DNA of 64,000 bases from an uncultured Clostridia bacterium (GCA_944372795.1 CALWAF010000003.1:5443-69442); one strand, 5' to 3'; positions 23,194-31,840 are shown, counted from the first letter of the stretch. The notes: generated by a model from the sequence alone, not told the origin. A program made the numbers and translations.

Positions 23194-24135
23194 ATGGCAA
23201 AGAGAGATTTTCCCTCCAAACAAGAGATAGAAGCCGCCGTGAAAGCGGTCATCGACCGCGACGGCACCGAACGTAAGCTGCTCATCGAGCGCTCCCTCAC
23301 CCGCTACGGCTACTCCGCGGCGGAACTCAAAGACCGCAGCTGCGAGTCGCTCAATACGCGTCTGAAAAGTCTTACCGGCGTCGTGCTCAACGAGATGCTC
23401 GCCGCGGGCACCCTCGTCACCACCGAGGACGGCAGGCTCGCGCCGCCCAAGCCCGTGCAGGAGACCAAGGGCGGGCTCACGCGCACCCAGCGCCGCAGGG
23501 CACAGCGCAAACGCGCCGCGGAGCGCGCGAGCAAACTGCCCAAATATCCCGATTCCCCTCTCGGCAAAGCTCTTGAGGGCGCGGATGACAAGTTTCAGGA
23601 ATACAAGGCGGGCAAGCTCACGAAGGACAAATATCTCGCCGCTCTCCGCCGCGCGCTCACACGCGCTATAAGCGAGGCGGGCGGGGAGTTTTTCGAGCAG
23701 CTTTCCATGAAACTGCTGCTCGCGGTCTACGGCGACACCGTCACACGCAACGAGCTCACCGCGGGCCCCGACGACAACGGCATCGACGGCAAGCTCCACA
23801 TCCAAGACCCCGTCGGTTTCAAGGAGACGGTGTTTTTCCAGTCCAAGACAAAGCTCAACGAGAGGGCATACGTGTCCGTGAAGGTGGTGCGCGAGTTCCT
23901 CGGCGTCATGACTGCGTGGGGAGCGACCAAGGGCATTCTCATCACCAACTCCAATTTCCACCGCGACACCAAGTCGTTTGCCGCAAAGCGCAGCGAGCTT
24001 ATGCTCATCGACAACGCCAGGCTGCTCGATCTGATGTTCGCACACGGGGTGGGCGTGCGCCGCGACGACGGTGTCCCGCACATCGACGACGACTTTTTCC
24101 TGATGCCGGAAAAGGGCGACTCCGCCTCCAAGTGA
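23194..24135 (+). CDS. Mrr-like restriction endonuclease domain protein (Mrr_cat C-terminal domain, unknown N-terminal domain)
   Basis: C-terminal FEQLSMKLLLAVYG...DDNGIDGKLHI...VFFQSKT...GILITNSNFHRDTKSFA...LIDNARLLDLMFAHGVGV matches the Mrr catalytic D..QxK architecture. A basic linker RTQRRRAQRKRAAERASK precedes it. Confidence 0.75.
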   Translation: MAKRDFPSKQEIEAAVKAVIDRDGTERKLLIERSLTRYGYSAAELKDRSCESLNTRLKSLTGVVLNEMLAAGTLVTTEDGRLAPPKPVQETKGGLTRTQRRRAQRKRAAERASKLPKYPDSPLGKALEGADDKFQEYKAGKLTKDKYLAALRRALTRAISEAGGEFFEQLSMKLLLAVYGDTVTRNELTAGPDDNGIDGKLHIQDPVGFKETVFFQSKTKLNERAYVSVKVVREFLGVMTAWGATKGILITNSNFHRDTKSFAAKRSELMLIDNARLLDLMFAHGVGVRRDDGVPHIDDDFFLMPEKGDSASK

Positions 24136-24235
24136 GGGGAGAGTCCCTCTCTTACGCCGACGCGGGCGGGGGGACGTCCGAGCGCCGAGCGGTGCTTAAA
24201 GTTATCGCTTCGCCGAGCGCCGCAGTCTGCGGATG

Positions 24236-24264
24236 TTGACATAATCCGACATATATATTAGAAT
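24236..24264 (+). promoter_or_regulatory. Sigma-A promoter TTGACA-17 nt-TAGAAT for the degV operon
   Basis: TTGACA at 24236-24241 and TAGAAT at 24259-24264. Confidence 0.55.
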
Positions 24265-24333
24265 GATAGCGGCGATGCGCGGTGACCGCGTATGCGCATA
24301 TCGCGGTCTTTACCGCACGAAACGGAGTTTGAA

Positions 24334-25200
24334 ATGTCAGTTTTTTTCTGTGATACCGATTGCGAGCTGTGGTATACCACGGCAAAGGAGCTGGGCGTCA
24401 AGGTCATCCCGATGCCCTACACCGTGGACGGCGAGGAGAAGCTCTACGACCTCGGCGAAAACACCGATTTCAAAGGCTTTTACGCCAAGATGCGCGCAGG
24501 CGCAGCCGTCAGCACCGCAGGGCTGAACCCCCAGACCTACATCGACATCTTCGAGCCTTACTTCGCGGCGGGCGAAGACGTGCTCTACGTCGCGTTCTCC
24601 TCCAAGATGTCCAACACGTTCAGCTATCTCGATACCGCGATAGCCGAGCTTAAAGCGAAATATCCCGACGCGAAATACCGCCGTTACGATACGCTCAACA
24701 TCTCCATGGGCGCGGGCATCATGGTGTATCTCGCGGCGAAATTTTTCAACGCCCACGGCGGCGACGTCGACGCGACGTGCGCCTATCTCGATACGCTGGT
24801 GCAGAACGTCGCGGTGCTTTTCGTCGTGGACGACCTCAAATATCTCGCGCGCGGCGGCAGGCTCTCTCCCGCCAAAGCCGCCCTCGGCAACGTGCTGCAA
24901 TTGAAGCCCGTCCTCTACGTCAACCGCGAAGGGGAGATAGACGTGCTCACCAAGCAGAAAGGCGCAAAAAAAGCGATGAGCTACATCGTCTCTTCCTTCG
25001 AGCAGAAATACCGCCCGAAGGAGGGCGCTCCCGTAGTGCTCGTCGGCGCCGACTGCGACGAGGCGGTCGCCGAGCTCAAGTCCCGCGTGGAGCCTTTGGT
25101 GCAGGGCGCCGAGATATTCGTCCAGCCCGTCGGTCCCGTCATCGGAGCGCACTGCGGCCCCGGCACCTACGGCATCATCTTTACGTCGGAGTCCAGATGA
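24334..25200 (+). CDS. DegV family fatty-acid-binding protein
   Basis: MSVFFCDTDCELWY start. STAGLNPQTY, FSSKMSNTF and LARGGRLS motifs typical of DegV. Confidence 0.9.
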   Translation: MSVFFCDTDCELWYTTAKELGVKVIPMPYTVDGEEKLYDLGENTDFKGFYAKMRAGAAVSTAGLNPQTYIDIFEPYFAAGEDVLYVAFSSKMSNTFSYLDTAIAELKAKYPDAKYRRYDTLNISMGAGIMVYLAAKFFNAHGGDVDATCAYLDTLVQNVAVLFVVDDLKYLARGGRLSPAKAALGNVLQLKPVLYVNREGEIDVLTKQKGAKKAMSYIVSSFEQKYRPKEGAPVVLVGADCDEAVAELKSRVEPLVQGAEIFVQPVGPVIGAHCGPGTYGIIFTSESR

Positions 25201-25219
25201 CTCCCCAGGAGGGAAAGTC

Positions 25220-26245
25220 ATGAAGAGATCCACTTCACTCAAACTGACGGCGGCTTTGCTCGCCGTCTTCGTATTGTTGACGGCGCTTGCCGCCTGTAAT
25301 AGGACGGCGAAGGCGGAGTACTTCGACATCTTCGGCACTTCGGCGTACATCGAAGTGTACGACGCGGACGACGCGAAGAGCGTCGAGGCGGAGATGCGCC
25401 GCATCGAAACGCTGTGCTCCGTGAACGCGGAGGGCAGCGACATCTACCGCATCAACGCCGCGCACGCGGGGGAGAGCGTGAAGGTGGACACCGTCACCAT
25501 GTATCTCCTGCAAAAGGCGATGACCGTGTTTGAGCTCACCGAAGGGTGCTACGATCCCTCCGTCTACCCCCTCGTGGAGCTGTGGGGATTTGCGGCGGGA
25601 GAGTTCCTCCCCGGCACTCCCCCCGAGGGCGGCATACCCTCGCAGGATGAGATAGACGCAGCGCTCGCTCTGGTCGGCTTTGACCGCGCCTTCTCTCTCG
25701 ATCCCAACGCTCTCACCGTCACCAAGCTCATCGAGGGCGCAAAGCTCGACCTCGGCGGCATAGCAAAAGGCTATGCGGCGCAGCTGGCGTTGAGGGTCAG
25801 ATTCGACATCTGCAACGTGGGCGGCAACATCTCTGTGGGCAAGGAAAAAGCCGTCATCGGCGTGCCCGCACCGAGAGAGACGGAGACGGGCAGTGCATCG
25901 TGGCTGTTCTCCTTCAGCGCCGACTACGGCGCGTGCATCTCCACCAGCGGGGACTATGAAAGATACTACATCGTGGACGGCGTGAGGTATCACCACATCA
26001 TCGACCCGCACACCGGCTATCCCGCGTCGAGCGGGACGGCGAGCGTGACCGTGGTCTCGAAGGACGGAGCTTTTGCCGATGCATTCGCCACCGCCGCCAT
26101 AGTGGGCGGCGCAGACAAGGCGGACGATTGGAGATGGCTTGCGAACAACAGATACGAAGGCATCGAAGACTTCGCTCTTATGAGTGTGTCGGATGAGAAT
26201 GAGGTGTCCGCGCACGGCACCATCACGATCACGTATTCCGTTTGA
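25220..26245 (+). CDS. apbE: FAD:protein FMN transferase (ApbE/Ftp), lipoprotein
   Basis: Lipobox LTALAACN. DLGGIAKGYAA and YHHIIDPHTGYPA signature motifs. Confidence 0.9.
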   Translation: MKRSTSLKLTAALLAVFVLLTALAACNRTAKAEYFDIFGTSAYIEVYDADDAKSVEAEMRRIETLCSVNAEGSDIYRINAAHAGESVKVDTVTMYLLQKAMTVFELTEGCYDPSVYPLVELWGFAAGEFLPGTPPEGGIPSQDEIDAALALVGFDRAFSLDPNALTVTKLIEGAKLDLGGIAKGYAAQLALRVRFDICNVGGNISVGKEKAVIGVPAPRETETGSASWLFSFSADYGACISTSGDYERYYIVDGVRYHHIIDPHTGYPASSGTASVTVVSKDGAFADAFATAAIVGGADKADDWRWLANNRYEGIEDFALMSVSDENEVSAHGTITITYSV

Positions 26246-26251
26246 TTTGAC

Positions 26252-26277
26252 AAAAAAGCGCGTTCAACGCGCTTTTT
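26252..26277 (+). terminator. Rho-independent terminator after apbE (possibly leaky)
   Basis: AAAAAGCGCG-TTCAA-CGCGCTTTTT. Confidence 0.7.
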
Positions 26278-26327
26278 CAGTGCATAAAGTGCCGTTGTGG
26301 CGCAATAAGCATAGAGGAACGCCTTGT

Positions 26328-26729
26328 ATGGCAAAACACGCAGGAGCGCGGACAGGGACGGGCGGCGCAAAGGAAGCCTTCCGCACTCTGTTCAAAAAGT
26401 GGGATCTTCTCATCATCGCCGTCGTGCTCGTCGCGGCGGCGCTTTCGGTGTGGTTTGCCTTGCGTGAGGACGGCGGCGAGGTGAGGGTGTACGCGGACGG
26501 CACTCTGCGCTATACGTTCAGCCTTTCCGAGGACGGGGAGTACGACATCCTCGACGGCAAGATGACTTTGGGCATCGAGGGCGGGAAGGTGTCCGTCCTG
26601 CGCTCGGACTGCGAGGAACAGCTCTGCGTACATTCCGCGGCGCAGTCCGTCTCGGGCGGGCTCATTGTCTGTCTGCCCAATCACGTCATCATAGAGATAG
26701 GCGAGAGGGAGGTGGACGTCATCACATGA
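26328..26729 (+). CDS. NusG domain II-containing protein (DUF1312-like), membrane-anchored
   Basis: N-terminal TM segment LLIIAVVLVAAALSVWF followed by a beta-rich domain ending CVHS...GGLIVCLPNHVIIEI. Family assigned from memory of this motif and its pairing with the Gx transporter. Confidence 0.7.
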   Translation: MAKHAGARTGTGGAKEAFRTLFKKWDLLIIAVVLVAAALSVWFALREDGGEVRVYADGTLRYTFSLSEDGEYDILDGKMTLGIEGGKVSVLRSDCEEQLCVHSAAQSVSGGLIVCLPNHVIIEIGEREVDVIT

Positions 26730-27346
26730 GAGCGACTCTTTCTCGCAGACTCGCGCTTTCGGGGCTATTCCTCGCACTCGCGCTCATCGTCTCCCTCATC
26801 GAGAACCTCATACCGCCCATAGTGCCCGCTCTGCCGTATGCAAAACTCGGGCTTGGCAATGTGGTGCTGCTCGCATGTTTCCTGCTGGTCGGCGTGTGGG
26901 AGGGGTGCGTCGTGCTCGTGCTGAAATGCTTCTTCGCCGCATTGTTCTCGGGCAACCTCTCCATGCTGGTGTGGTCGCTGCCGTCGGCTGCCGCCGCCTA
27001 TGCCGTCATGGTCCTGCTCGGACGCACGCGGCTCTTTTCGGTGACGGGGCTCTCCGCCGCGGGCGGTATGCTGCACAACACAGTGCAGATCCTCGTGTCC
27101 ATGGCGGTGGTGGGCAAGGCGGTGGCGGCGTATCTGCCGTATATGGTGCTTGCGGGCGGCATCGCGGGCGTGGTCACGGGGGTGATATGCCACTTTGTCG
27201 TGGCAAGGTTATCTGCGGGCGGGATGTCCCTTCGCATACGCGACGTCTACGTCCGTCTCCCGAGGGAGGGCGGCGAGGAAGACTGCGCGGGCACCGTCCC
27301 GAGCGCGGAGGACGGGGCGGAAGACAGCGGCTCCGCCGCACGCTAG
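26726..27346 (+). CDS. Gx transporter family protein (heptaprenyl diphosphate synthase component I-like, PF07456-type)
   Basis: Five or so TM segments, with the GNVVLL / SGNLSML pattern. ATGA overlap with the NusG_II gene. Confidence 0.7.
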   Translation: MRATLSRRLALSGLFLALALIVSLIENLIPPIVPALPYAKLGLGNVVLLACFLLVGVWEGCVVLVLKCFFAALFSGNLSMLVWSLPSAAAAYAVMVLLGRTRLFSVTGLSAAGGMLHNTVQILVSMAVVGKAVAAYLPYMVLAGGIAGVVTGVICHFVVARLSAGGMSLRIRDVYVRLPREGGEEDCAGTVPSAEDGAEDSGSAAR

Positions 27347-27384
27347 AAAGGCGCGGGGGAACAGGCATAGGTCCTGAAAAACAA

Positions 27385-27414
27385 AAGCAAAGCGCGGCAT
27401 TTGCCGCGCTTTTT
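27385..27414. terminator. Bidirectional rho-independent terminator
   Basis: AGCGCGGCA..TGCCGCGCT palindrome flanked by A-rich and T-rich runs, between convergent genes. Confidence 0.75.
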
Positions 27415-27439
27415 GAGTTCCTGATGATGAGCCGTCCCG

Positions 27440-27808
27440 TCAGCCGAAAGTGTGCAGCGGGATGATCGCGCCGAACACTAGGCAGAGCACGAAGAACGCG
27501 AGACCGACGAGAAATGCCGTCGCGGCAAAGAAGAGGTTGAGCCTCGCGATCACGGAGCGGGAAGACGAGAGGGCGGTGAGGATGACGCCCGCAAGCGCCG
27601 CTGCCACCGCGAATGCGTTGACATAGATGCAGGAGTAGACGAGGGGAGAGGACGACGAGGCTCCACCCGGCACAAAAAAGACGAAGACGGGCACCACCGC
27701 CATCAAAAACGCGGCGGCGGAAAGCCCCAGCCCTATGAAGAGCAGGAGTTTGTTTTCGCTCTTTGCGCCATTTGCGCCCCGATCGTTCCCACCGACTTTC
27801 ATATCCAC
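27440..27808 (-). CDS. Hypothetical small membrane protein (about 4 TM)
   Basis: 122 aa, hydrophobic, no recognisable motif. Last gene of the murG transcription unit. Confidence 0.55.
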   Translation of the reverse strand: MDMKVGGNDRGANGAKSENKLLLFIGLGLSAAAFLMAVVPVFVFFVPGGASSSSPLVYSCIYVNAFAVAAALAGVILTALSSSRSVIARLNLFFAATAFLVGLAFFVLCLVFGAIIPLHTFG

Positions 27809-27862
27809 AGTTTAACTCAAAAATCTTTCTATGTCAACACGCGCGCACGAATGAGGGCGCGC

Positions 27863-29176
27863 TCACGCGGGCAGGCGCAGGAGATAGGCGTCGCCCGCGC
27901 CGAAGTTTTCAAAGAATATGCCCTCGCGGGAGGATGAGGAGAGAGATATGACAAGGTCTCCGTCCAGAAACTCCGCGCGCACGTTCCCCTCTCCGCCGCT
28001 GCATTCGGCAAGGGTGACGAAGTCGCCGCCCTCCGAAGAGAGCAGCACCTCGACATCGCCCTCGGCGTCGCGGGTGACAAGGGCGCGCTTCCCGCCGCTC
28101 TCGCGCACTGCGGCGACGCCGTAAACTTCGAGGTCGGTGGGCGCGGATGCGATGAGGTCGAGGTGTCTGCAAAAGGTCTGCGTCAGCCCCGTGCGCACCA
28201 AGATCACGGACACTCCGTCGCCGAACAGAGCCCCCTCCGTGCCCCCCTCGAGGGTCGCGGAGGAGAGTTCCTCGCCCGAGGCAGAAAGCACGGCAAGCAA
28301 CATCCCGGAGGCTTTGGAGCCCAGCAGACAGAAGGCGGCTCCGTCCTCGCCTGCGACGGGCACGATTTGCCTGAACGAAGTTTTTTCGTAACATTCCGTG
28401 ACGATAAACCCGCTGTTCTGCGAGAATGTCACGATCTCCATATCCTCGCCGCGTTGTGCGGAAAGGGTGAAGACCTCGCCCGCCGCAAAGCCTTCCGTCA
28501 CGGTGCGGTCTCCCGCAAGACGGAAGGGTGACGAGGTGACGGAAAGTCCCTTTTGCACGGTGTGGCAGGTGAGCGCCGTGCCGTCCGAGAGGAAGAGCAT
28601 CAGCTCTCCGCCGTGGGAGAGGAGAAAGGCGGAGGTGAAGGCGGGCAGGGAAGTCTCACCCTTGACGGAGCCGTCCGTTCCGAAGACGAAAAGCGTCCCC
28701 GTCCCGCCGTCGGATACGGCGGCGGCGACTCCGTCGGAGGTGAGTTTTGCTCCGCCGAACGTGGCGGAGCCCGCTGCAAATCGCGTAACGGAAATGAGGC
28801 TGTCCCCGTCGTGCAGGGCGAGATAGAGTCCGCTGCCCCTGCAATCGTACTCCGAGGACTCGGATGAGAAAAAGACGTACGCAGTGCCGTCGGTGAAGAC
28901 GGTGGCGAGCACCCTCTCATCGCCTTCGCCGCCCGCGTGCGCGACCTTGATGCCCGCAAAAGTCTGCGCCGCCCTCGGGAGGGTGGTGTAGAAGGGCGGG
29001 TCGGTCTCCGGGGGAGCGGGATCGGGCTCGGTGTCGGGCGGGGTGACGGGCTCGTCGCCCGCTGCGGTGTCGCCGCCTTCGAGATAGACGGCGTCGTACA
29101 TTATGTAGGCTCCCACCGCTATGGTAACGAGCAGGATGATGGCAAGCCATTTGGCTACGGTTTTTTGTCTTTGCAT
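27863..29176 (-). CDS. Hypothetical membrane-anchored protein with Pro-rich linker and repetitive beta-rich ectodomain
   Basis: TM segment WLAIILLVTIAVGAYIMY, linker PVTPPDTEPDPAPPETDPP, then recurring xDGxxxxF/L strand-like motifs (TDGTAYVFF, HDGDSLISV, TDGSVKGE, SDGTALTCH). Overlaps the murG 3' end by 22 nt. Confidence 0.65.
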   Translation of the reverse strand: MQRQKTVAKWLAIILLVTIAVGAYIMYDAVYLEGGDTAAGDEPVTPPDTEPDPAPPETDPPFYTTLPRAAQTFAGIKVAHAGGEGDERVLATVFTDGTAYVFFSSESSEYDCRGSGLYLALHDGDSLISVTRFAAGSATFGGAKLTSDGVAAAVSDGGTGTLFVFGTDGSVKGETSLPAFTSAFLLSHGGELMLFLSDGTALTCHTVQKGLSVTSSPFRLAGDRTVTEGFAAGEVFTLSAQRGEDMEIVTFSQNSGFIVTECYEKTSFRQIVPVAGEDGAAFCLLGSKASGMLLAVLSASGEELSSATLEGGTEGALFGDGVSVILVRTGLTQTFCRHLDLIASAPTDLEVYGVAAVRESGGKRALVTRDAEGDVEVLLSSEGGDFVTLAECSGGEGNVRAEFLDGDLVISLSSSSREGIFFENFGAGDAYLLRLPA

Positions 29177-30222
29177 TTCACACCTCGCCGCATTGTAGCA
29201 TCTATGACGGACGCAATTTTTCCGTTGGCGTCGGAAGATATGCGGCGCATGGGCGGAGAGTGGAACGCCCGCATGAGCACGGGATAAAGTTTCCGCGCAA
29301 GGTCGTCGTCCTGCCCGATCACCGCCGCGCCGTGACGGCGGGCGAGATCGGCATTGAAGATCTGATCCCCGCGCGACACTCCCTTGGGGAGGGGGACGAA
29401 CACCGCGCGTTTGCCCAGAGCCGCAAGTTCCGCCACGGCGGTCGCTCCCGCGCGCGAGAGCACGACGTCGCTCGCGGCATAGAGCGCGCCCATGTCGTCG
29501 GAATATTCGAGGGGGATATAGCTTTCGGTCGGAGGGGGTACATCCGCCGCTTTTCCCCGTCCCGTAAGGTGGATGACGGCACAGTGTTTCTGCAGGAAGG
29601 GGAGCAGCGGGATGACTGCGTCGTTGAGCGCTTTTGCGCCGCTGCTACCTCCCGCGACGAGCAGCACGGGAAGCCCTTCCGGGATGCCGAGCTTCCGCCT
29701 TGCTGCGGCGCGGTCGCGACAGAAAAGTTCCTCCCTCACGGGCATACCGACAAATTCTCCGAATGAAGAGCCGGGATAGGCTGACAGCGCTATCGCGCCT
29801 TTCATATGTGCGATCCTGTTGGATAAACCCGCAGTTTTGTCCGATTCGTGGCAGATGACGGGGATGCCGAGAGAGGATGCGGCAAGGGCGAACGGGAGGG
29901 CGGCGAACCCTCCTTTGGAGAAGACGAGCTCGGGCTTCACCCTCTTAAGCACCTCTTTTGCCGCCCGCACTCCGCGCGAGAGCAGGACGGGGACGGAGAG
30001 GTTGTTGCGCAGGGCTTTGGGCGAGAGGGAGCGCACCAGCTTCACCGCAGGCACGCCGTAGAACTCCAGCTTCGCCAGCTCCGCCGCGCGCCTCTCGCAC
30101 GTGTCGCCCTCTCCCCCTCCGTAGACGGCGTCTATGCCCAGCCTTTCGAGGGCTGGCAGCAGGGCGAGGTTGGGGTAAATGTGACCGCCCGTGCCTCCGC
30201 CCGCGAGCAATATCTTTCCCAT
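29155..30222 (-). CDS. murG: UDP-N-acetylglucosamine--N-acetylmuramyl-(pentapeptide) pyrophosphoryl-undecaprenol GlcNAc transferase
   Basis: MGKILLAGGGTGGHIYPNLAL N-terminus. SKGGFAALP and GGSSGA motifs. 355 aa. Confidence 0.9.
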   Translation of the reverse strand: MGKILLAGGGTGGHIYPNLALLPALERLGIDAVYGGGEGDTCERRAAELAKLEFYGVPAVKLVRSLSPKALRNNLSVPVLLSRGVRAAKEVLKRVKPELVFSKGGFAALPFALAASSLGIPVICHESDKTAGLSNRIAHMKGAIALSAYPGSSFGEFVGMPVREELFCRDRAAARRKLGIPEGLPVLLVAGGSSGAKALNDAVIPLLPFLQKHCAVIHLTGRGKAADVPPPTESYIPLEYSDDMGALYAASDVVLSRAGATAVAELAALGKRAVFVPLPKGVSRGDQIFNADLARRHGAAVIGQDDDLARKLYPVLMRAFHSPPMRRISSDANGKIASVIDATMRRGVKCKDKKP

Positions 30223-30353
30223 AAATTCTTAAATTCTCCTTTGCGGCTCATCCGCGCTTTCATAGTATGCGCGGCGAATATTTTAGTTTGCATTCCGCGC
30301 GGGCTTGTGCTAATATAATTTGCGGTCAATATAACACTTACGAGGCGGAAATT

Positions 30354-31283
30354 ATGAAACCCGAAAAATTCACAAGTTTCGACAACACCATTTTGCAATG
30401 CTATCTCTGGAACGATGTCAAGAATCCCAAGGGCGTCGTGCAGATCTCTCACGGCATGGCGGAGCACGCGAGACGCTATGACGCATTCGCGCAGTTCCTC
30501 AACGCCAACGGCTACATAGTCTTTGCCGACGACCACCGCGCGCACGGCATGACGAGCACCAAGCAGAGCAAGAAGGGCATCTACGGCTATCACAAAGGCG
30601 ACATCTACAACGACACCGTCCGCGACGAGATCGCCATCACCGCGCACCTCAAAGAGCGCTTCGGGCTGCCCGTGGTCTATCTCGGACACAGCTACGGCAG
30701 CATGTTGGGGCAGAGATACATCGAGATGAAGAACGACTCCTGCGGCGCCATACTCTGCGGATCGGCGTGCATGAAGGGCGCATTGCTCGGCGTGGGCTGT
30801 GCGGTGGCGAACATGCAGTATAAACTGCTCGGCGGCGAAAAGGAAGGCAAGCTGCTCAACTCGTTGAGCTTCGGCTCCTACAACGCGAAGTTCAAGAAGG
30901 ACAAGACGGAATACGCGTGGCTGTCCCGCGACAAGGATCAGGTGCGCAAGTATATCTTCGACGAGCAGTGCGGCGGCGTGATGTCCATCGCCTTCTTCAA
31001 GTTCTTCTTCAACGGACTGAAAGCCTCCTACAAGGCGGAGAACCTTGCGGGCATCGACAAGAACAAACCCATCGCCATTTTCAGCGGCGCGCTCGACCCC
31101 GTCGGCGGCGCGGGCAAGCTGGTGGACAAGCTCTATAAGCAGTACACCGACCTCGGCGTCAAGGACGTGAGCCTCAAGCTCTATTCCGACGCCCGCCACG
31201 AGATCCTGAACGAGCTCAACCGCGACGAAGTCTTTGCGGACTTCCTTGCCACAATCAACAAGATGACCGCTTCCGCGAAGTGA
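30354..31283 (+). CDS. Alpha/beta hydrolase (lysophospholipase/monoacylglycerol lipase-like)
   Basis: HGMAEHARRY and nucleophile elbow GHSYGS. ATG at 30354 preferred over the upstream ORF-track start. Confidence 0.8.
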   Translation: MKPEKFTSFDNTILQCYLWNDVKNPKGVVQISHGMAEHARRYDAFAQFLNANGYIVFADDHRAHGMTSTKQSKKGIYGYHKGDIYNDTVRDEIAITAHLKERFGLPVVYLGHSYGSMLGQRYIEMKNDSCGAILCGSACMKGALLGVGCAVANMQYKLLGGEKEGKLLNSLSFGSYNAKFKKDKTEYAWLSRDKDQVRKYIFDEQCGGVMSIAFFKFFFNGLKASYKAENLAGIDKNKPIAIFSGALDPVGGAGKLVDKLYKQYTDLGVKDVSLKLYSDARHEILNELNRDEVFADFLATINKMTASAK

Positions 31284-31307
31284 TCGCGGTGCGCCTATAA
31301 CATGACG

Positions 31308-31335
31308 ACGCCTCCCCTCGTGGGAGGCGTTTTTT
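31308..31335 (+). terminator. Rho-independent terminator after the hydrolase gene
   Basis: ACGCCTCCC-CTCGT-GGGAGGCGT followed by T5. Confidence 0.8.
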
Positions 31336-31391
31336 ACCGCAAACGGCGAGCTCGTTGAAAGGTTGCGGCGGGTTCGGGGATGAAATGGGGT

Positions 31392-31518
31392 GTGCATCCC
31401 TGACATGGGAGTATTGTTCCCCCCTCCTTCCCGGGGACCCCACAAAATTGCCTGCGGCGATTTTGCGGGGAGCCCCATTCGGGATTTCCTCCCCCACTCG
31501 GAACAGGGGACTGTCCTC
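31392..31518. repeat. P repeat module carrying a 47-nt nested hairpin insertion
   Basis: Aligns with the reverse complement of 11585-11669. The extra segment 31433-31479 forms CCCCACAAAAT / ATTTTGCGGGG (10 of 11 pairs). Confidence 0.75.
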
Positions 31519-31527
31519 TAGCATTGA

Positions 31528-31708
31528 AGTATTGTTACCCCCTTCCTGCGGGTTTCCCCCGAAATCGTTCCCCCTTGAAAGGGAACCCACCATTTCGGGG
31601 GACACCTTCGGCACTCGGGCACGAGGGCGTCCGAGGACGGCGCCTCCACGGCGCCGCCATGTTATGCCGCTTGCAATGCGCCCGCTTCGCGAAAAGAGTG
31701 GCGCATTG
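31528..31708. repeat. Partial second P copy followed by a run of perfect nested hairpins
   Basis: GTATTGTTACCCCCTTCCTGCGGG repeats 31411-31436. Perfect 11-bp stem at 31555-31565 / 31592-31602 encloses a perfect 6-bp stem at 31567-31572 / 31581-31586. Perfect 9-bp stem CAATGCGCC / GGCGCATTG at 31674-31682 / 31700-31708. Confidence 0.7.
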
Positions 31709-31840
31709 CCGGCGCACGTATCGTCAGCCCAACGCGATTGACGCTTTGCGTAGCAATCGCTATACCTTCGGTGCGGCACTCTGCGATCTCATACGGGGTC
31801 CCCGCGGGAAAAATCTCTGATTTTTCGCGTGGGGCAAGAG

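Noticed and set aside
24265-24333. Nested palindrome GCGATGCGCGGTGACCGCGTATGCGCATATCGC in the degV 5' leader, considered as a riboswitch or operator
   Set aside because: It is too short for any riboswitch class I know and I see no conserved motif. It may be an operator or a simple stabilising hairpin, but the evidence is insufficient to call a feature.
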